A stretch of DNA of 64,000 nucleotides from Octopus sinensis (GCF_006345805.1 NC_042999.1:130386001-130450000); one strand, 5' to 3'. Positions 38,621 to 52,005 are shown, numbered from the stretch's first letter. Made by a program: numbers and translations. Notes: a model not told the origin generated them from the sequence alone.

Positions 38621-40728
38621 AAGGTAAAATACCCAATGTAAATATATGTGATAAAAGATGCCAGGGTAGGAACAGATGACGCCTTGTGATCGAAGATATT
38701 GTGAATCAGATATTCAGTTGCAATATCAAATAAAGATATTGATAACAAAAACATTTGGTAAGGAATAGATGTTTCATTTGTAATGAAACCCACAGCACTA
38801 AAATAAGAAGAATGGTCACAGGGCGAAAAATAAAATATTAAATAAAAACGAAAGGAAAATGTTTCATATCACAGAATATAAAGTTTGGTATTTGTGTGGC
38901 GAACCGATTCGATTCTTTTTGTTCCTTTATGTTAAATTCCTCGAGATAAAAATCACAGTTAATCCATTAATTTAACGATTGCTTAATTTACAGAACAAAC
39001 TCTATGGAGTGAAAAAGTCGGGTTTTGTTTGTTTTTTGTTTTTTTTTTAAATAAAACTAACAACAACAATCAGATGTATTCAAACTCAACTGAATAACCG
39101 GATACAGAGAGATAAAAAGTTGTATGTGAGGTTTGAAAGAACAAAGAGAAGAGACAGAGGAAAACAAATAATTTAAATAAATAGATAGAGATTCCCAGCT
39201 TCGGTAAGAATAGTTATATGGTATAGAAGCCCTCAACATCAAATGAAGCTCATTCCAAAACAACAGAACATTAACCTGTGCTACATTTAGGATAGGGGAA
39301 GGTAAGATGAGAGGTAGTGATATGCTGGTAGGTGGATTCTGTTGCTCTTAAGTAACTTAAGATAATTTCAAATGAAACTGAGTGGGGCGTATTTCATGCT
39401 TATCTCCTGTGAAGACCCCCTAACAAATAACTACAGGCCGCTTGTTAAAACCGGTTGACCTCCAAACCATTATAAAAGCTTACCGCTCGCTTTATTACAT
39501 TGCCATGCCCTACGTTCCTTGCATCACCTACTTAACGCGCTGTTTTAGCATTTGTGTTCCGCCTTTTCCAAATTTGACCAAAATATGATGTGCCGTATGG
39601 TTAACGATGCCCAAAACTGTCCATATATGGTTGAGAGCAGTCAGCAACTTAGTTTCTTGTATCAACTTTCATATAAGCTGCGCGCCGAGGCTATCCATAT
39701 ACGCCAAAGTTGCTGTTCTTCTGTCAATTTACCAATTTAGCAGTAGGCTGCGCAAACCAACTCGCAGATAAACTTTCCTCAATTCTTTTCTCACTCATAG
39801 TAACAAACATCAACACACCTATATAGTAAGCCAAAACTTATGGTTTTATTATTATTATATTCATTCATTTTACTTTTAGTCATAGGAAATTACCATTACT
39901 TATAGCAAACGCTCACAACCATACACATACATGAAATTATATATATATGTGTGATTTCGCTTAGGCGAAATACACGCACGCACACACACACACACATACA
40001 CATGTAAACAAAATTAAATACACCTAAATATATGTGTATTTACATACATAACGTAACGAAGATATACATACAGATGCTAGATTTTGAGTTTGTGTAAATA
40101 TATCAACTTTTTGCTTAACTTGTGCCGCGGTATTTCCTTTAAGTAATCATTATTCGAACGAAAGATAGAAGAGATTATTGGCTCTTATATGAAATGTCTC
40201 CTTATTTCTGTCCTTCAAAAATATAAATAAATGAAATGAAATGAAATAAAATAAAATAAAATAAAGGAATCCCACCTCCACATATATTCCAGAAAAATTA
40301 TAGATTATATTGGAGGGAAATTAATCCTAAAACATTCACTTGAAGATTTACTTTTATTTCAGGAAACATGATTGATCGTTTCGACCTTACAGAACTTATC
40401 TTACCTATTTGGGATAACTGGATAAAAGGCATCCATTCGATGAGGCTTTAATACAAACGTGACACATACCATATTTCAGCCCGTCCGGTTCTTTATCGTC
40501 TGACATGAATATCGCTATTCGATTACAATTGTTTACTTTTGTAGATGCATTGCTTCAAGTTGTTGTTGTTTGTTGTTGTTGTTGTTGTTGTTTTGTCACC
40601 CTGCAAACCCTGACTGAACAGAGCTATGATCAAAGGCACTCCAGCTGTGACTATCCAGGAGACACAGTAACAGTAACATCGCCATGGAAAGAGGTGGTCC
40701 GCCACGGGCGCGACAGTTTTTGTTTCAT

Positions 40729-40761
<33 letters not shown>

Positions 40762-40770
40762 GTGTGTGTG

Positions 40771-40810
<40 letters not shown>

Positions 40811-40831
40811 GTGTGTGCGTGCGTGTGTGTG

Positions 40832-40904
<73 letters not shown>

Positions 40905-41354
40905 GCGTGCGTGTGGATAGGGGCACTTTGGAGTCTGCTGTATAGGGTTCGGAGCGTGATGGATAGCGGGAGCAAACTCGAGGGCTACACTCCGCGCGGC
41001 ATGCACTCTACCTACGCCACCTTACAGAACACAACAAACATGTCTTTTTCAAAGACAATGTGATGTGATTTGAAGGAGATTTCACGCCATTTCTAGCATG
41101 TCACATGATCACATAGTCCCATCAACTGTTGCGGAGCGCCGCCAACGGTCAAGTGTATGCTTTTCCGTTGCGGTGCGACAACGGGCATCTATCGCTAATA
41201 AACAAAACATTCTACAGGTTGGGGAAAGGTAATGTGTGTGGTAAGGGTCCATACCTTGCAAGAACATAAGCGATGTAAATGCCAATAAGAAATTGAAATA
41301 ATGATGCCCACGAGACTGGTTGACCATTACTTTATTGATAATCTTTTTATTATT

Positions 41355-41790
41355 AGTAGCTGGAGAGGGTGACGAGCACGTAGGACAAAATAATTAGCGG
41401 TATTTTGACCGGATTTACGTTCTGCGTTCAAATGTCACCGCGGTCTACTTTGCCTTTCATCCTCCCAAGATCGATAAAGTATGTACCAGTTGAACACTGA
41501 GGTCGATACTTTTGACTTGTCTCGTCCACCGAAATTGCTGGCCTTGTGCCAAAAATTGAAGCCATTGTTAGTAGCTAGAGAGCGTGACGAGCTGGCCGAA
41601 TCATTACCACGCAGGGGAAAATGTTTAGCAGCATTTCTTCTGGCTTTACGTTAGGGGTTCAAATACCACTGAGGTCGAGTTTGCCTTTCATACTCTTGGG
41701 GGTCGATAAAATAAGTACCAGTTGAACAATAGGATCGATGTAATCGACAAGCCCATACCCCTTGTGGCTCTAGTACAAAGAATTGTGAAT
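41355..41790 (+). mobile_element. Two tandem Meta-domain-like SINEs
   Basis: TTTGCCTTTCAT core at about 41449 and 41680. Confidence 0.85.
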
Positions 41791-41924
41791 AGTCGAAGGA
41801 GAGATAATGTCCCATAACACGTGTATGAACTCACATATTTATGAAAACGATGGGGGATGATGTTCAATTTGACCATATGTAAGTCGATCAGGGAAAAGGA
41901 TTTGAACAAAGTTTTAGTGTGCAA

Positions 41925-42140
41925 CCTGGTGATGTGAGATACGGCAGGAGTGACTAGAAAAAGACAATCGATGTTGATGTGTACGTCCCCGCAGCTTAGC
42001 TCTTCGGCAAAAGAGGTCGATAGACTAAGTACCAGACTTTAAAATATATATACTGGGATCGACTCGTACTACTAAATCGATTTGTCCAAGGCTGTGTCCC
42101 AGCATGGCCGCAGTCTAGTGACTAAAACAAGTAAAAGGTA
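41925..42140 (+). mobile_element. CORE-type SINE, head fused to 3' part
   Basis: ACGTCCCCGCAGCTTAGC..CCAGCATGGCCGCAG..ACAAGTAAAA. Confidence 0.8.
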
Positions 42141-42387
42141 TTATCAAAAATATATTTTGTTAAAATATCTCATTTAGAACAAATTAGTTGAATATTAACA
42201 AAATTTAACACACTTCTGCTAGAGGTACCTGCTACGAACTGTTCACAAGGCTTGTACAGGCGTTTCAGAAATATTGCTCAGTTTCGATTATATGTACATC
42301 CCAACAATCTCCAGTACATACTGTTGAAATCAGTGGCGATACACCTTCAACCTCAGAGTGCGCGCGTTCGTGTGTGTGTGCGTGCGT

Positions 42388-42441
<54 letters not shown>

Positions 42442-42469
42442 TTGATAAAAGCGGAGTTTCCTCACCTCT

Positions 42470-42722
42470 CTATTGATTCAACGATGGTCCATATGGATCT
42501 TGGAGAAACATATAAAATTTTGTTGTTAAAATTTATGTGCACTCAGTTGCTTATACTTGTACAATACACAAAATATTTTTAATATTTTAAATACAATTGC
42601 TAAAAATATTTCATTATAAAAGCGCAAAAGGATTTTTTTTAAACATCGAATGGCTATGAGGGTCCACCCGAATAAAATAAGAATCAAAGGGGTCCACAAA
42701 GATAAATGGTTGAGAACGGCTG
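42470..42722. mobile_element. Possible hAT-type MITE remnant
   Basis: Right end GGTTGAGAACGGCTG is a hAT-like TIR (CAGCCGTTCTCAACC); left end is degenerate. Confidence 0.4.
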
Positions 42723-43334
42723 ATTAGTCTTAAGAGAAGTCTATAATGTGTCATAAATAGCCTAAGACAACGCACGAAGGTTTTTCTCTTTTCATCAATC
42801 ACTGCTGTCATTTAACACCACCATCATTGCAATTGGTTGTTTCTGAGTCATCACTGTTTGCATAGAGAAGTTCCTCGTCGACGCCATCCATCGCAATAAT
42901 GATTCCACGTTTCTAATTCCTTATTATTTCTACTCTCATAGCTACCTGTGCTGACTTTACGCACAGACATACCTATGCACTTGTCGGTCACTTCAGTCCT
43001 GTTGTTGTAACTAAATTTCCAGTAGTCAACCACTTCTACTCTTCTTACATAAATCACCTAAGTGGTTTGTTGACAACCCGTGGTTGTTATTGCATCGTTA
43101 AACCACCAGAACTGCTTGCTTAATTTTTAGTTACTAAAGTTTTTGTCTTTGTTTCTTCTACTTTGTTGGATTGGTAATCATCCTACGTTAGTAATACTAA
43201 TTTCACCAGCAGAATACCTGGGCCCCGTGGCCATACTTTTCTCAGCTGCAGTTTCCACCAGCTTCGCTCATCCATCTCTTAAGCATTGTTATTTTTATTT
43301 AAAGATTGGCAAAGGTGGAAGTTTTATACCTAAT

Positions 43335-43770
43335 TACTTCCTTCGCTTCCTATGAAGGAGAGGACATCGATAACTTTTCATCACTGTTCTCGACACTGGA
43401 CAGTCTTTTCTGCTTCTCTCCAGTTAATCCATGTCTTTTCTCAGTTCTGCCTCCTTATCTCGCCTCCAACTAAGGGCTTCCCCTCTTCCACATTCCGTTG
43501 TGGATTCCAGATCAAGGCCTAACGTGTAATATACGATAATGGTATGTCTAAAGTGTGATCTCCTTACAGATTTTTCTACACCACGTCATATATTTACCTG
43601 AGGGAAGGTCTTGCTATCTCAGGTTTTAGTTGGTTTTGAATGGTCATTGATGCTTCTTTAACTTTGCTTTCTATTTTTTTCTTCTTGGAAGAGTGTCCTA
43701 TGCAAACCCATTTTTATCTCTGGGAAGATGTCCATATTACTCTAGCCTCTATCCTTTGACCTATCCAGCA
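43335..43770 (-). mobile_element. RTE-clade LINE 3' remnant
   Basis: Minus translation includes WVCIGHS, YITR*ALIWNPQ and SWRRD (cf. WIGHTLR..ITRQALTWNPQG..TWRR). Confidence 0.65.
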
Positions 43771-44301
43771 TGGAAGGCTCTACCATTGGTATACCGTTGG
43801 TATAGCACTCAGAGTTATTGAAACACATAAGCCACCTAACCGCAATAAGGACTGGACCTTGTCGTGGAGAGAGTTTTATACCGTCTGCATTATAATCCAA
43901 AGTAGGTTTTTTTTATTACAATTTTTTTTAGAAAGAGTTACATAACCATCATTTTACGCTTATTTTTGATAATTATCAGACGCCTACAAATGGCACGTGA
44001 GAGATCATCGTTCTCGATTCACTACAAGCCAAACTAAACTCATGACATTCAGTTACTTTTGGCGGCAAGCAATTGTAAACTTCTCATAAGTTATCATCAA
44101 TACACTACAAAACTTATGATTATGATAACCATATGTGAACTATAACTTGAGATTGTAGTGAAGCTGGTTCTCAAACTCCACAGTCCAACCTGAACTTTTA
44201 GTGATAAGATGCAGGGAAACGTGAGGGGTGGGGGTTCAGGAAAAACATAGTTCTCCAGCATTAAACACACACACACACACACACACACACTTATTGCTTG
44301 C

Positions 44302-44362
<61 letters not shown>

Positions 44363-45174
44363 CTATATCGCAACTGCTCTACTGCCTGTTAAATAGTGAG
44401 TGTGCTGTGTTGTGCTTGTACAGGGATAAGAGCAAGGCAATTTCACTTATCACTTACCAATCTCATTTCCCTGTCCCAAAAGGTGTCGATGTAAGAAATC
44501 AATTAAAAACCGTAATTAAAATTTCGATCTTATCCTTGTCGTCATCGTCGTCTTCAGCGGAGGCGGCGGCGGCGGTGATGGTAGTGGTAGTGGTACTGTT
44601 GCTGTTGATGCACGTTGGTGTTGTTGCTGTTATCTAGCCAGAACTCATTTCTGATAGAGTAAACCTATGACAGGCAGTTAGTCGAACGAACGAATAGTTG
44701 CGACCCAAAGATCCATTGCCTCAGACGTAACACGGCTCTGCACACACCTGTGATGAACGGGTTCTGTGATGAAGCGTATGAGATGAAAACCCTAGTTCTA
44801 TTTGTTCACTTCCTTTTCTAGGTGATGTTATTAAGCAGTGACAACGCGATAGCTTGGAATTGGAATACAGCTGAAATTCTACACTTTTGCTCCCCCCCCC
44901 ATCCCTTTTTTTTCGTTTCCAATTAATAAACTAAAAAGGAACGCTTCTATAATGCGCGTCCGTTGGAAGCGTTCTGCAGCCTATCATCGCCTATTAGATT
45001 TTCACCATATACCATCATTGCATATACACATCCCTGGGAAAGTAGACATGGGAAATCTGTTTTGAGAAGCGGGCCGCATGAAACGTAACCGATTATCAGG
45101 CGGGTTGCACTACTAAAAAAATTTATGAAAAGTAAAATATTTTGCTTAGAGATACAACGAACGATTGCCCAGCC

Positions 45175-45675
45175 AGCGAAATTGCTTTCCCACGAGAGTT
45201 CCGGACCCCAGTAATGCACTCATTTGCATACAGCCAACAAGAGCTCACTTTGACCTTGTCACGTTAACAAACGCACTCTATCAAGTAAACTCAAGACGAA
45301 GAACTGTGTTGTAAGTCGATCGATCGCCAAGTTATGCCTGATTTTAAGAGACAAGTAGTTAAATAGATTTGCACCTATACCTATTATCGGATTTTGTTAG
45401 GGCCCATATGATAAAGATGTAGATGAGAAAAATGTGGATAGAAGGTGATGTGCTAGCAACTCTCTGTCCTTACTGTTTTACAAAGTAAACGACAACACAA
45501 ATAACTACGCATGGTTGAAATGAGAACAAGAACAACAAACATTATTAAAAGAGAAAAGAAGCACAGTAATTCCTTAACCCGAGTGACCTTATCTTATCGC
45601 CCATCTCTGATTGGCTGTATGCAAATGAGTTCATAACTGGGGTCCGGAACTCTCGTGGGTAAAAAAATTTCGCGT
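45175..45675. mobile_element. MITE with long TIRs containing octamer motifs
   Basis: 49-bp inverted repeats at 45189-45237 and 45611-45659 (2 mismatches), extendable to GCGAAATT on both sides. ATTTGCAT at 45222-45229, ATGCAAAT at 45619-45626. Confidence 0.85.
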
Positions 45676-45932
45676 CCCGCCACTTTAACTACTCGGTCAT
45701 TTTGCCCTAGTTGCAATGTTTTCCGTCACAGTTGTAATTGCTTTCCTACAGAAATATGAAGGTAGATTTATAAAGGTATGAACTAAATGTTATAGCATTG
45801 TCCAATAAACATTAGATACGTAAATTATAGCAAGTGCAACTAATGATCAAGAAAAGAAACCAGGATATAAATGAAATCCTTCATTGTCATTTATGATACT
45901 CTGCCACAGTTTATGCATTTATTGCTTTAAAC

Positions 45933-46386
45933 TAAGGATCACCAAACTTTCTCGACCATCTACCCCCTATAGCCACTTCTCCTTCCGCCCGACCACCCTC
46001 CTTATATAAAATATCTTAATACCCTGCCCTGCCGTACCACTTCTTAAATGCGTACTGGGTACTGATGCTGGCGATTAAAATGTTAGCTAAAATATACATG
46101 TACGACAAATTAAGAAATTTTATTGAAGATGATATATTTCAACATTTAAAACTACGTGTCCAAGTATACAGTATTAAACTTTCAATTTTTATGAAATTGT
46201 TTGCACGGTTAGAAAATTTGAAAAACCCCTCATGTTTTCCCACGTTTCATGGTATTTCAAGCAGTTCATCTGGGTGAGTTGGCCTTTCCTACGCCGAGCC
46301 CCATTCGAACCCTTGGCTATCACCGACCCCCTGTAATTCCTCGACGACTCCTAGGAGGTCCCTCGGACCCCCTTTGGCGATCCCTA
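45933..46386. mobile_element. hAT-superfamily MITE with 8-bp TSD
   Basis: TIRs TAAGGATCACCAAA and (reverse complement) TAGGGATCGCCAAA; flanks CTTTAAAC (45925-45932) and CTTTAAGC (46387-46394). Confidence 0.88.
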
Positions 46387-46410
46387 CTTTAAGCATTTAA
46401 CGAAACCGAA

Positions 46411-46558
46411 CAGGGGCGGACGGTGGGGGCAGTGCCCCTCACCCCTCAAAAAAAGGAGTGCACCCTTCTAAATAATGTTATTATGCCCTTTTCTCCTGGA
46501 ATTATTTTCCCTTCTGACATTCTGCCCTTCCTTCGAAAAATTCCTGGGACTGCGCCTG
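46411..46558. mobile_element. 148-bp MITE with 5-bp TSD
   Basis: Starts CAGGGGCGGA, ends GCGCCTG; CCGAA duplicated at 46406-46410 and 46559-46563. Confidence 0.7.
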
Positions 46559-46838
46559 CCGAAGACGAAGTAAAACAATTGACTAATAAACTATGGAACG
46601 CAATGGAAGACATAATCTATTGTATACGCACAACATTTGTAAGATGACTGGGAAACTATGGAACGCAATCGAAAGCATACTCTGTTATAGATAAATCAGT
46701 TATATTCTTAAGACAACAGATGGATAAATATTTTAAGTATGATAATGTGTGTGTGTGTGTCTGACTGTCTGTGTATCTGTGTGTGCGCGCGTGCATGTGT
46801 TTAGAATCCACAGCTCAGTAGGAAACTATTGTACTGGG

Positions 46839-46987
46839 CAGGGGCGAACTGATAACATTAAGGGCTCTCGGGCATAACTGTTTGCCGAGCCCCTTAACAT
46901 TGATAAGTTAACATGTAGAGTGCTGGCCCCTCAGAGCTCCGGGTCCTCGGGCAGTGCCCGATTGACCGACGGCTCAGTCCGCCCCTG
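46839..46987. mobile_element. 149-bp MITE with 14-bp TIRs
   Basis: CAGGGGCGAACTGA and TCAGTCCGCCCCTG (one mismatch); internal hairpin; no clear TSD. Confidence 0.8.
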
Positions 46988-47064
46988 GAACAGAGACTGT
47001 TCAGCTATATGCACTTCTCTCTGATACGAAAATAAAGAAGTAATGCAGTGCATTAGAATTTGTT

Positions 47065-47240
47065 GAAACTTTACCAACGGAGTCGTATCGTGACAGAATA
47101 ATATTCGTTTCAAATTTTGACACAAGGTCAGAAATTTCGGAAAGAGGCTAAGTCGATTAGATTGACCAGTGTTCAAGTGGTACTTATTTTATCGACTCCG
47201 AAAGGATGACACGCAAAATCGAGTTTTAAACAACAAGTCT
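47065..47240 (-). mobile_element. Meta-domain-like SINE fragment
   Basis: GGTACTTATTTTATCGACTCCGAAAGGATGAC core. Confidence 0.8.
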
Positions 47241-48414
47241 CGCTTAAGTCGAACAAGAAATCAACTCACCATATTACATTTTCCGTACTACTTATGTTAT
47301 TTTCTTTTTCTGTCTACATTATCGTCATTATCTGCTCTCACGACTTGTGACACCTGAAAGAAACTTTTAATTCGTGAACATATCTATAACACTATTTATA
47401 CAGCAATGAATTACACATTTGACTTTACAAACACTAACTCTAGGTATAAGTATTTTCTACATCTTTATGCAAGCTTTTCATTTATTAATATTATTATTTC
47501 AATTATATCATTTTCCCCTGTATGCTAGTTGTATAACTCAAACTTGCACTTCACCAACATTTGGAAGCAGTTTCAGTTTAACTACTTTTAATTATAGCAC
47601 TACTTGGCTACAAGAGATTTGCACATCTGGTGGTACGTAGAAAATAACAGGGAGCCATCTTAATTTATAGTTATCTCTGCACAATCATATTTTCTACAAA
47701 CCCATTTCATTCTACTGAAGCTAACCTTTATATGAACACCACTACTTCCCACTTACTCTTCCCAAAGGTAAAAATATCATATGACTCAAAGAAACCTATA
47801 ATTAAGAAGCCAACTAGTTCACATAATCTTCCTCAAATCGCATTCTACCGTCCCGAGAAAGGGCATACGCATTAAATATTTTAGCCCTAAATACACTATG
47901 TTTATAAAAAGAAATAGTTTTTTTTTTTAATAAATAAAAAATGAAATGGTCATGGGTGAGGCACTTTTGTGATATGTCTGTTCGATTAGGACTGACCTGG
48001 GGCTAAATAGCAACATATATTTACGTATCATTAGTTCATATACTGTAGAGGTGATTAGCTGACACTTAAAATATTCCATCTCACAAGGTAGTCTTGAACA
48101 AACAGATGAACATCATATCTAATTCCATTCCCTTATGACTATGTGGTCTGTGCCTAAGAATTCGACATTAATGGAAGCTGGTGGCTCTTAACCTGGCAGC
48201 AGCGCTCCCTTCTAGCGTTATGACCTTACAAGTGGGCGGTATCTGTCAAAAGACTGGATATTTAGCGAAGTCATGATTTTTCTGAGAAATAAAATATTTA
48301 AATCAGCTACATTTTTTTATACTTTAATCATAATTTCAAAATAATCTTTGTCGAGATTAGAATATGAGTTACTAGGTTTGTCCTTCATGCATCTATGGAT
48401 GACCAGCTTATCAG

Positions 48415-48720
48415 CTTTACATTTTGAAGGTCCTGAGGTGGCTTATTTGACCAATTTTGGCATGAAATCTGCGGTTACACCGAGGGCACGTAATAGCAGA
48501 ATCAGAATCCAGCGGTATTCTTGTTTTCCGTGCTGCCCTCCTCTCGTTAGTTTCTCTAGTCATATCAGATTCAGAATGCTTGTACTCCAGAATACACAGC
48601 ACTACCACACAATGAGCATTCCTGAGCACAATGCTACCAAGCAGACTACTTTAAGCAGCGCTTTTTCAAGGTTGCCTTGAACGTACCTGAGGGCAAAAGC
48701 ATAACTGAAGTTGATGCTCA
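48415..48720 (-). mobile_element. RTE-BovB-like LINE 3' end
   Basis: ITCPRCNRRFHAKIGQISHLRT (C-terminal C2H2-like motif typical of BovB-type RTEs). Confidence 0.8.
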
Positions 48721-49976
48721 AATGTCCAATATAATTTGTCTTATATAATTATTTCCATCGAGCACTAACCCACACAAATATTTAAAGAGGGACTCTAGAA
48801 AAAGAAAAAAAAATAGATAATAAACCACTGTGCAAAATTTGTTTGATTGAAATAATCTGCTGTTGTTTAATTTACTTTTTATTTTTCAAAGATGAGAGGG
48901 AGTGAGCAGACCTATGATCAAAGATTTTCGATTCGTCCATTTTTTTAGACGTAGCGTGTCTAGTCCAATGTTTTTATTTCTAAGACAGCAGTGTAGGATA
49001 TGAGAATCAATTGGTTGCTTTCTTTTAGCAGCTCGAACAACTGAATAGAAGTCCATTTTTTTAGACGTAGCGTGTCTAGTCCAATGTTTTTATTTCTAAG
49101 CAATTGGTTGCTTTCTTTTAGCAGGTCGAACAACTGAATAGAAGCCTCGTTTGCTGGTTCGACGCGAAAGACAACGCGTTGATCTCAGAGAAACCTAAAT
49201 GTTTTATTGTATTCAATGCCGCCCTTCACATTCGTATATTACAGATGGATTTTACAGGCTACACCACCTACCTACAGAAATTGCCTTTGTGCTTAGTCAA
49301 AAAGAAATAAATGTTTATATTATCTCGTGTTTTCCCTACTTTGTCCTTGTAATATTCCCTCCTTATTCGTCCTTGTAGCAAATAGAGAAACGATACTTAT
49401 ATAAGCAAGCATTATTTTAACATATAAATATCATCTTTTCACTGTTGGTATTTATATCTTTAATGCTTCAGTTAAGTTGCCTTGCGATAGAATTTTTTTT
49501 ATGTCACCTATATTTCGGGACACAAAGGTCATTGTGTATATGGTTTAGATATCAAAGATGTGTTTTGAAGGTATGAAAATATAATTATCATCTGTTAAAA
49601 TATCTCACTGAACCAAGAGGCAAGTAGATTTAATAAACTGACAGAAAAGAACTAAGCTGCTAATCCAAATACGACAGAAGATTACTGGTAACGTTGACAA
49701 GCTACAGATAGAAGTGATTGCAATTGGTAAATTTAGATTCGAGCATATGAGTACAGCTCTTTTAATAGACACTCATAATATCAGGTTAAAGATATCTAAT
49801 ATTATAACATAAAACATTCCAGTAGCTTCTCGAATTTTTACGCTAATCGGAAGGTAATTTTAAGAATGTGGGTAACTAAATAAACAGCCAGTTACTATAC
49901 AGAAAAGCTCAGAATGATGTGTATGAGATGAAGGTGAGAAGTAATGCGTGCGTGCGTTCGTGCGCGCGCGTGTGTG

Positions 49977-50009
<33 letters not shown>

Positions 50010-50257
50010 ACGCGCGCGCCCATGTGTGCTTATGTGTTTATGCGTGCGCGCCTATGTGTGTGCGAATGTGTGAACTGAATGAATTAATATCACATGTCTT
50101 CAATGCACACAATCGACTTTATATGTCTGCGTGTTTGAATTTTATGTATGTATTTATAAGACATACATATGTGTGAGTGTATTTATAAACGCATACTTAT
50201 ATATATATATATGTGTATGTGTGTGTGAGTGTGCGTGCATGTATGTATATATATATA

Positions 50258-50363
<106 letters not shown>

Positions 50364-50675
50364 ATGTATGTATGTATGTATGTATGTATGTATGTATGTA
50401 TACAGTACTCGTGGAAATTCTACGGCTATTTTGAAAACTGACTGTAAGATGGTTGGAAGTTTATAGAGAGCCATAAAATATATGTATCTTTTAAAATGTT
50501 GTGGGTGGGGGTGTTAACATAAATATGTTTCAGACAAATTGGCCCGGGCCATTTCTAACTTAATAACGCCACCTGATAGAATCTGTTGGCTCATCTTTAG
50601 TCAAGTTTTGTGACATCATAGCTCATTCAAGCAAAGAGTTGCTGTTGAGTGAGATCTATCCAGGTATATATTGTC

Positions 50676-50928
50676 GCCATGATAGATCGGTAGCCACTAC
50701 ACACATTTTTTCTCTCCTTTTTTTTCTCCTTTTTTTCTCTCCTTGTTTTTTTTTCTCTGTGTCCCTTCCTGTATAAGAGCGTAGGCTCGAAAGGTAAAAG
50801 ACTTTTTTAATTCCTGAGCGTTATACTAATACATCTGTTTGTTTTGTACACCACGTGTCTTCGTCTTTTGTTTGTTTTGTACACCACGTGTCTTCGTCTT
50901 TTGTTTGTTTTTTTTCGTGAACTCTCTC
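50676..50928 (+). mobile_element. Penelope-derived mini-element with decayed hammerhead-like motif
   Basis: Reverse-orientation paralogue of 34693-34876; CTGTATA-A-GAGC-GTAG-GCTC-GAAAG-GTA-AAAG at 50769-50800; internal 33-bp tandem duplication. Confidence 0.7.
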
Positions 50929-50934
50929 TATATA

Positions 50935-51640
50935 TAGTTTGCCTGGCATTCATTGAAGAAATTTCTCCCGATACGTTTGTAAGTGAAGGGAATTTTTCTT
51001 CTTTAATTTATTTCAGAATAATGTTAGAACAGGGCTTGTTGAGGAAAAGTAATTGGGTTGCATTGTGCTTATATGAGTTTGAATTGTGTAGGTGGCTTAT
51101 GGCACGGGGTCCTAGTCTTAGATGAATTCTGAATTTAATGTTAAGGTCGCACGGGCAATGTAGATTGCATATTCTCCGAATTGTGCAAATGATGAGGTGC
51201 TCACCGTAGTGTTGGAGAGGATAAAGTTTCAATGTTTTAAGGTGATCCCAGTAATCAAAATCATACATGACTTTTATTTTATGTTTTTCTTTTGTTTAAA
51301 TTTTGTAATTGCTCTCTGGGGTGACTCAATTCTCGTAATGTTTTATTTGATGTGGGCGACCGCAGGAAGAAGTAGTGTTCTAGATGTGTCCCTGCAAAGG
51401 AGAAGAAAAGGGGAATGATGACGACTGACTCTTGGGATCGGAAAGTTCTGAGCATCCGGGAGCTCGTTTTTTCGAACCATATCGACTTTATTGCAGATGT
51501 GACCGCTGCAGTTGAGATTGTTGTCAACAATTACTCCGAAGTCTTCGATATCATTGAATGACGTGAGTTGATCTCTCGAGAAAAGAAAATATAGTTGTTT
51601 GTGCGCATTCTCTTTTCTCAAGTGCATGAGTTCAAATTTT
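50935..51640 (-). mobile_element. CR1/L2-group LINE 3' remnant (post-RT)
   Basis: HLRKEN, IEDFGVIVDNNL..SGHICNKV, ITRIESPQRAITK, DYWDHLKTLKLYPLQ and CPCDLNIKF. Confidence 0.78.
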
Positions 51641-51859
51641 CCCTCATTTAACAGTATTTTGTTTTTGTCTCCTATTGACTTATATTATGGGTATTAGACT
51701 GGAATTTTGTTCGGGCTTCTCCATTCATAAGTTGTTTTGTTTTTTTTTAAGCTTGGAGTCATCTGCGAACATTTTTTTTTTATTTTACTGTGCATGATAG
51801 CATTTGAGACGCGATCAAGTATAGAGAAAAAATGTAATTATAGACTCAGGTATGGCTAT

Positions 51860-52005
51860 AGGTTTTAAATTTTCGCTTCGTAACTATATGATTCTGGGTT
51901 CTATCCCATTGCACTGTACCTTGGGCAAGTGTTGATTAATAACATAAGTGAAATTTGGCAGAGTGAAACAATATGGAAATTCATATATTTGTGTGTGTGT
52001 GTGTG

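Noticed and set aside
38606-38621. Minus strand TATGACCATGATTAC is identical to the lacZ-alpha/pUC start (MTMIT)
   Set aside because: Only 15 nt match; the M13-reverse/RBS context and downstream polylinker are absent. Treated as coincidence, not vector contamination, and it lends no homology support to the exon.
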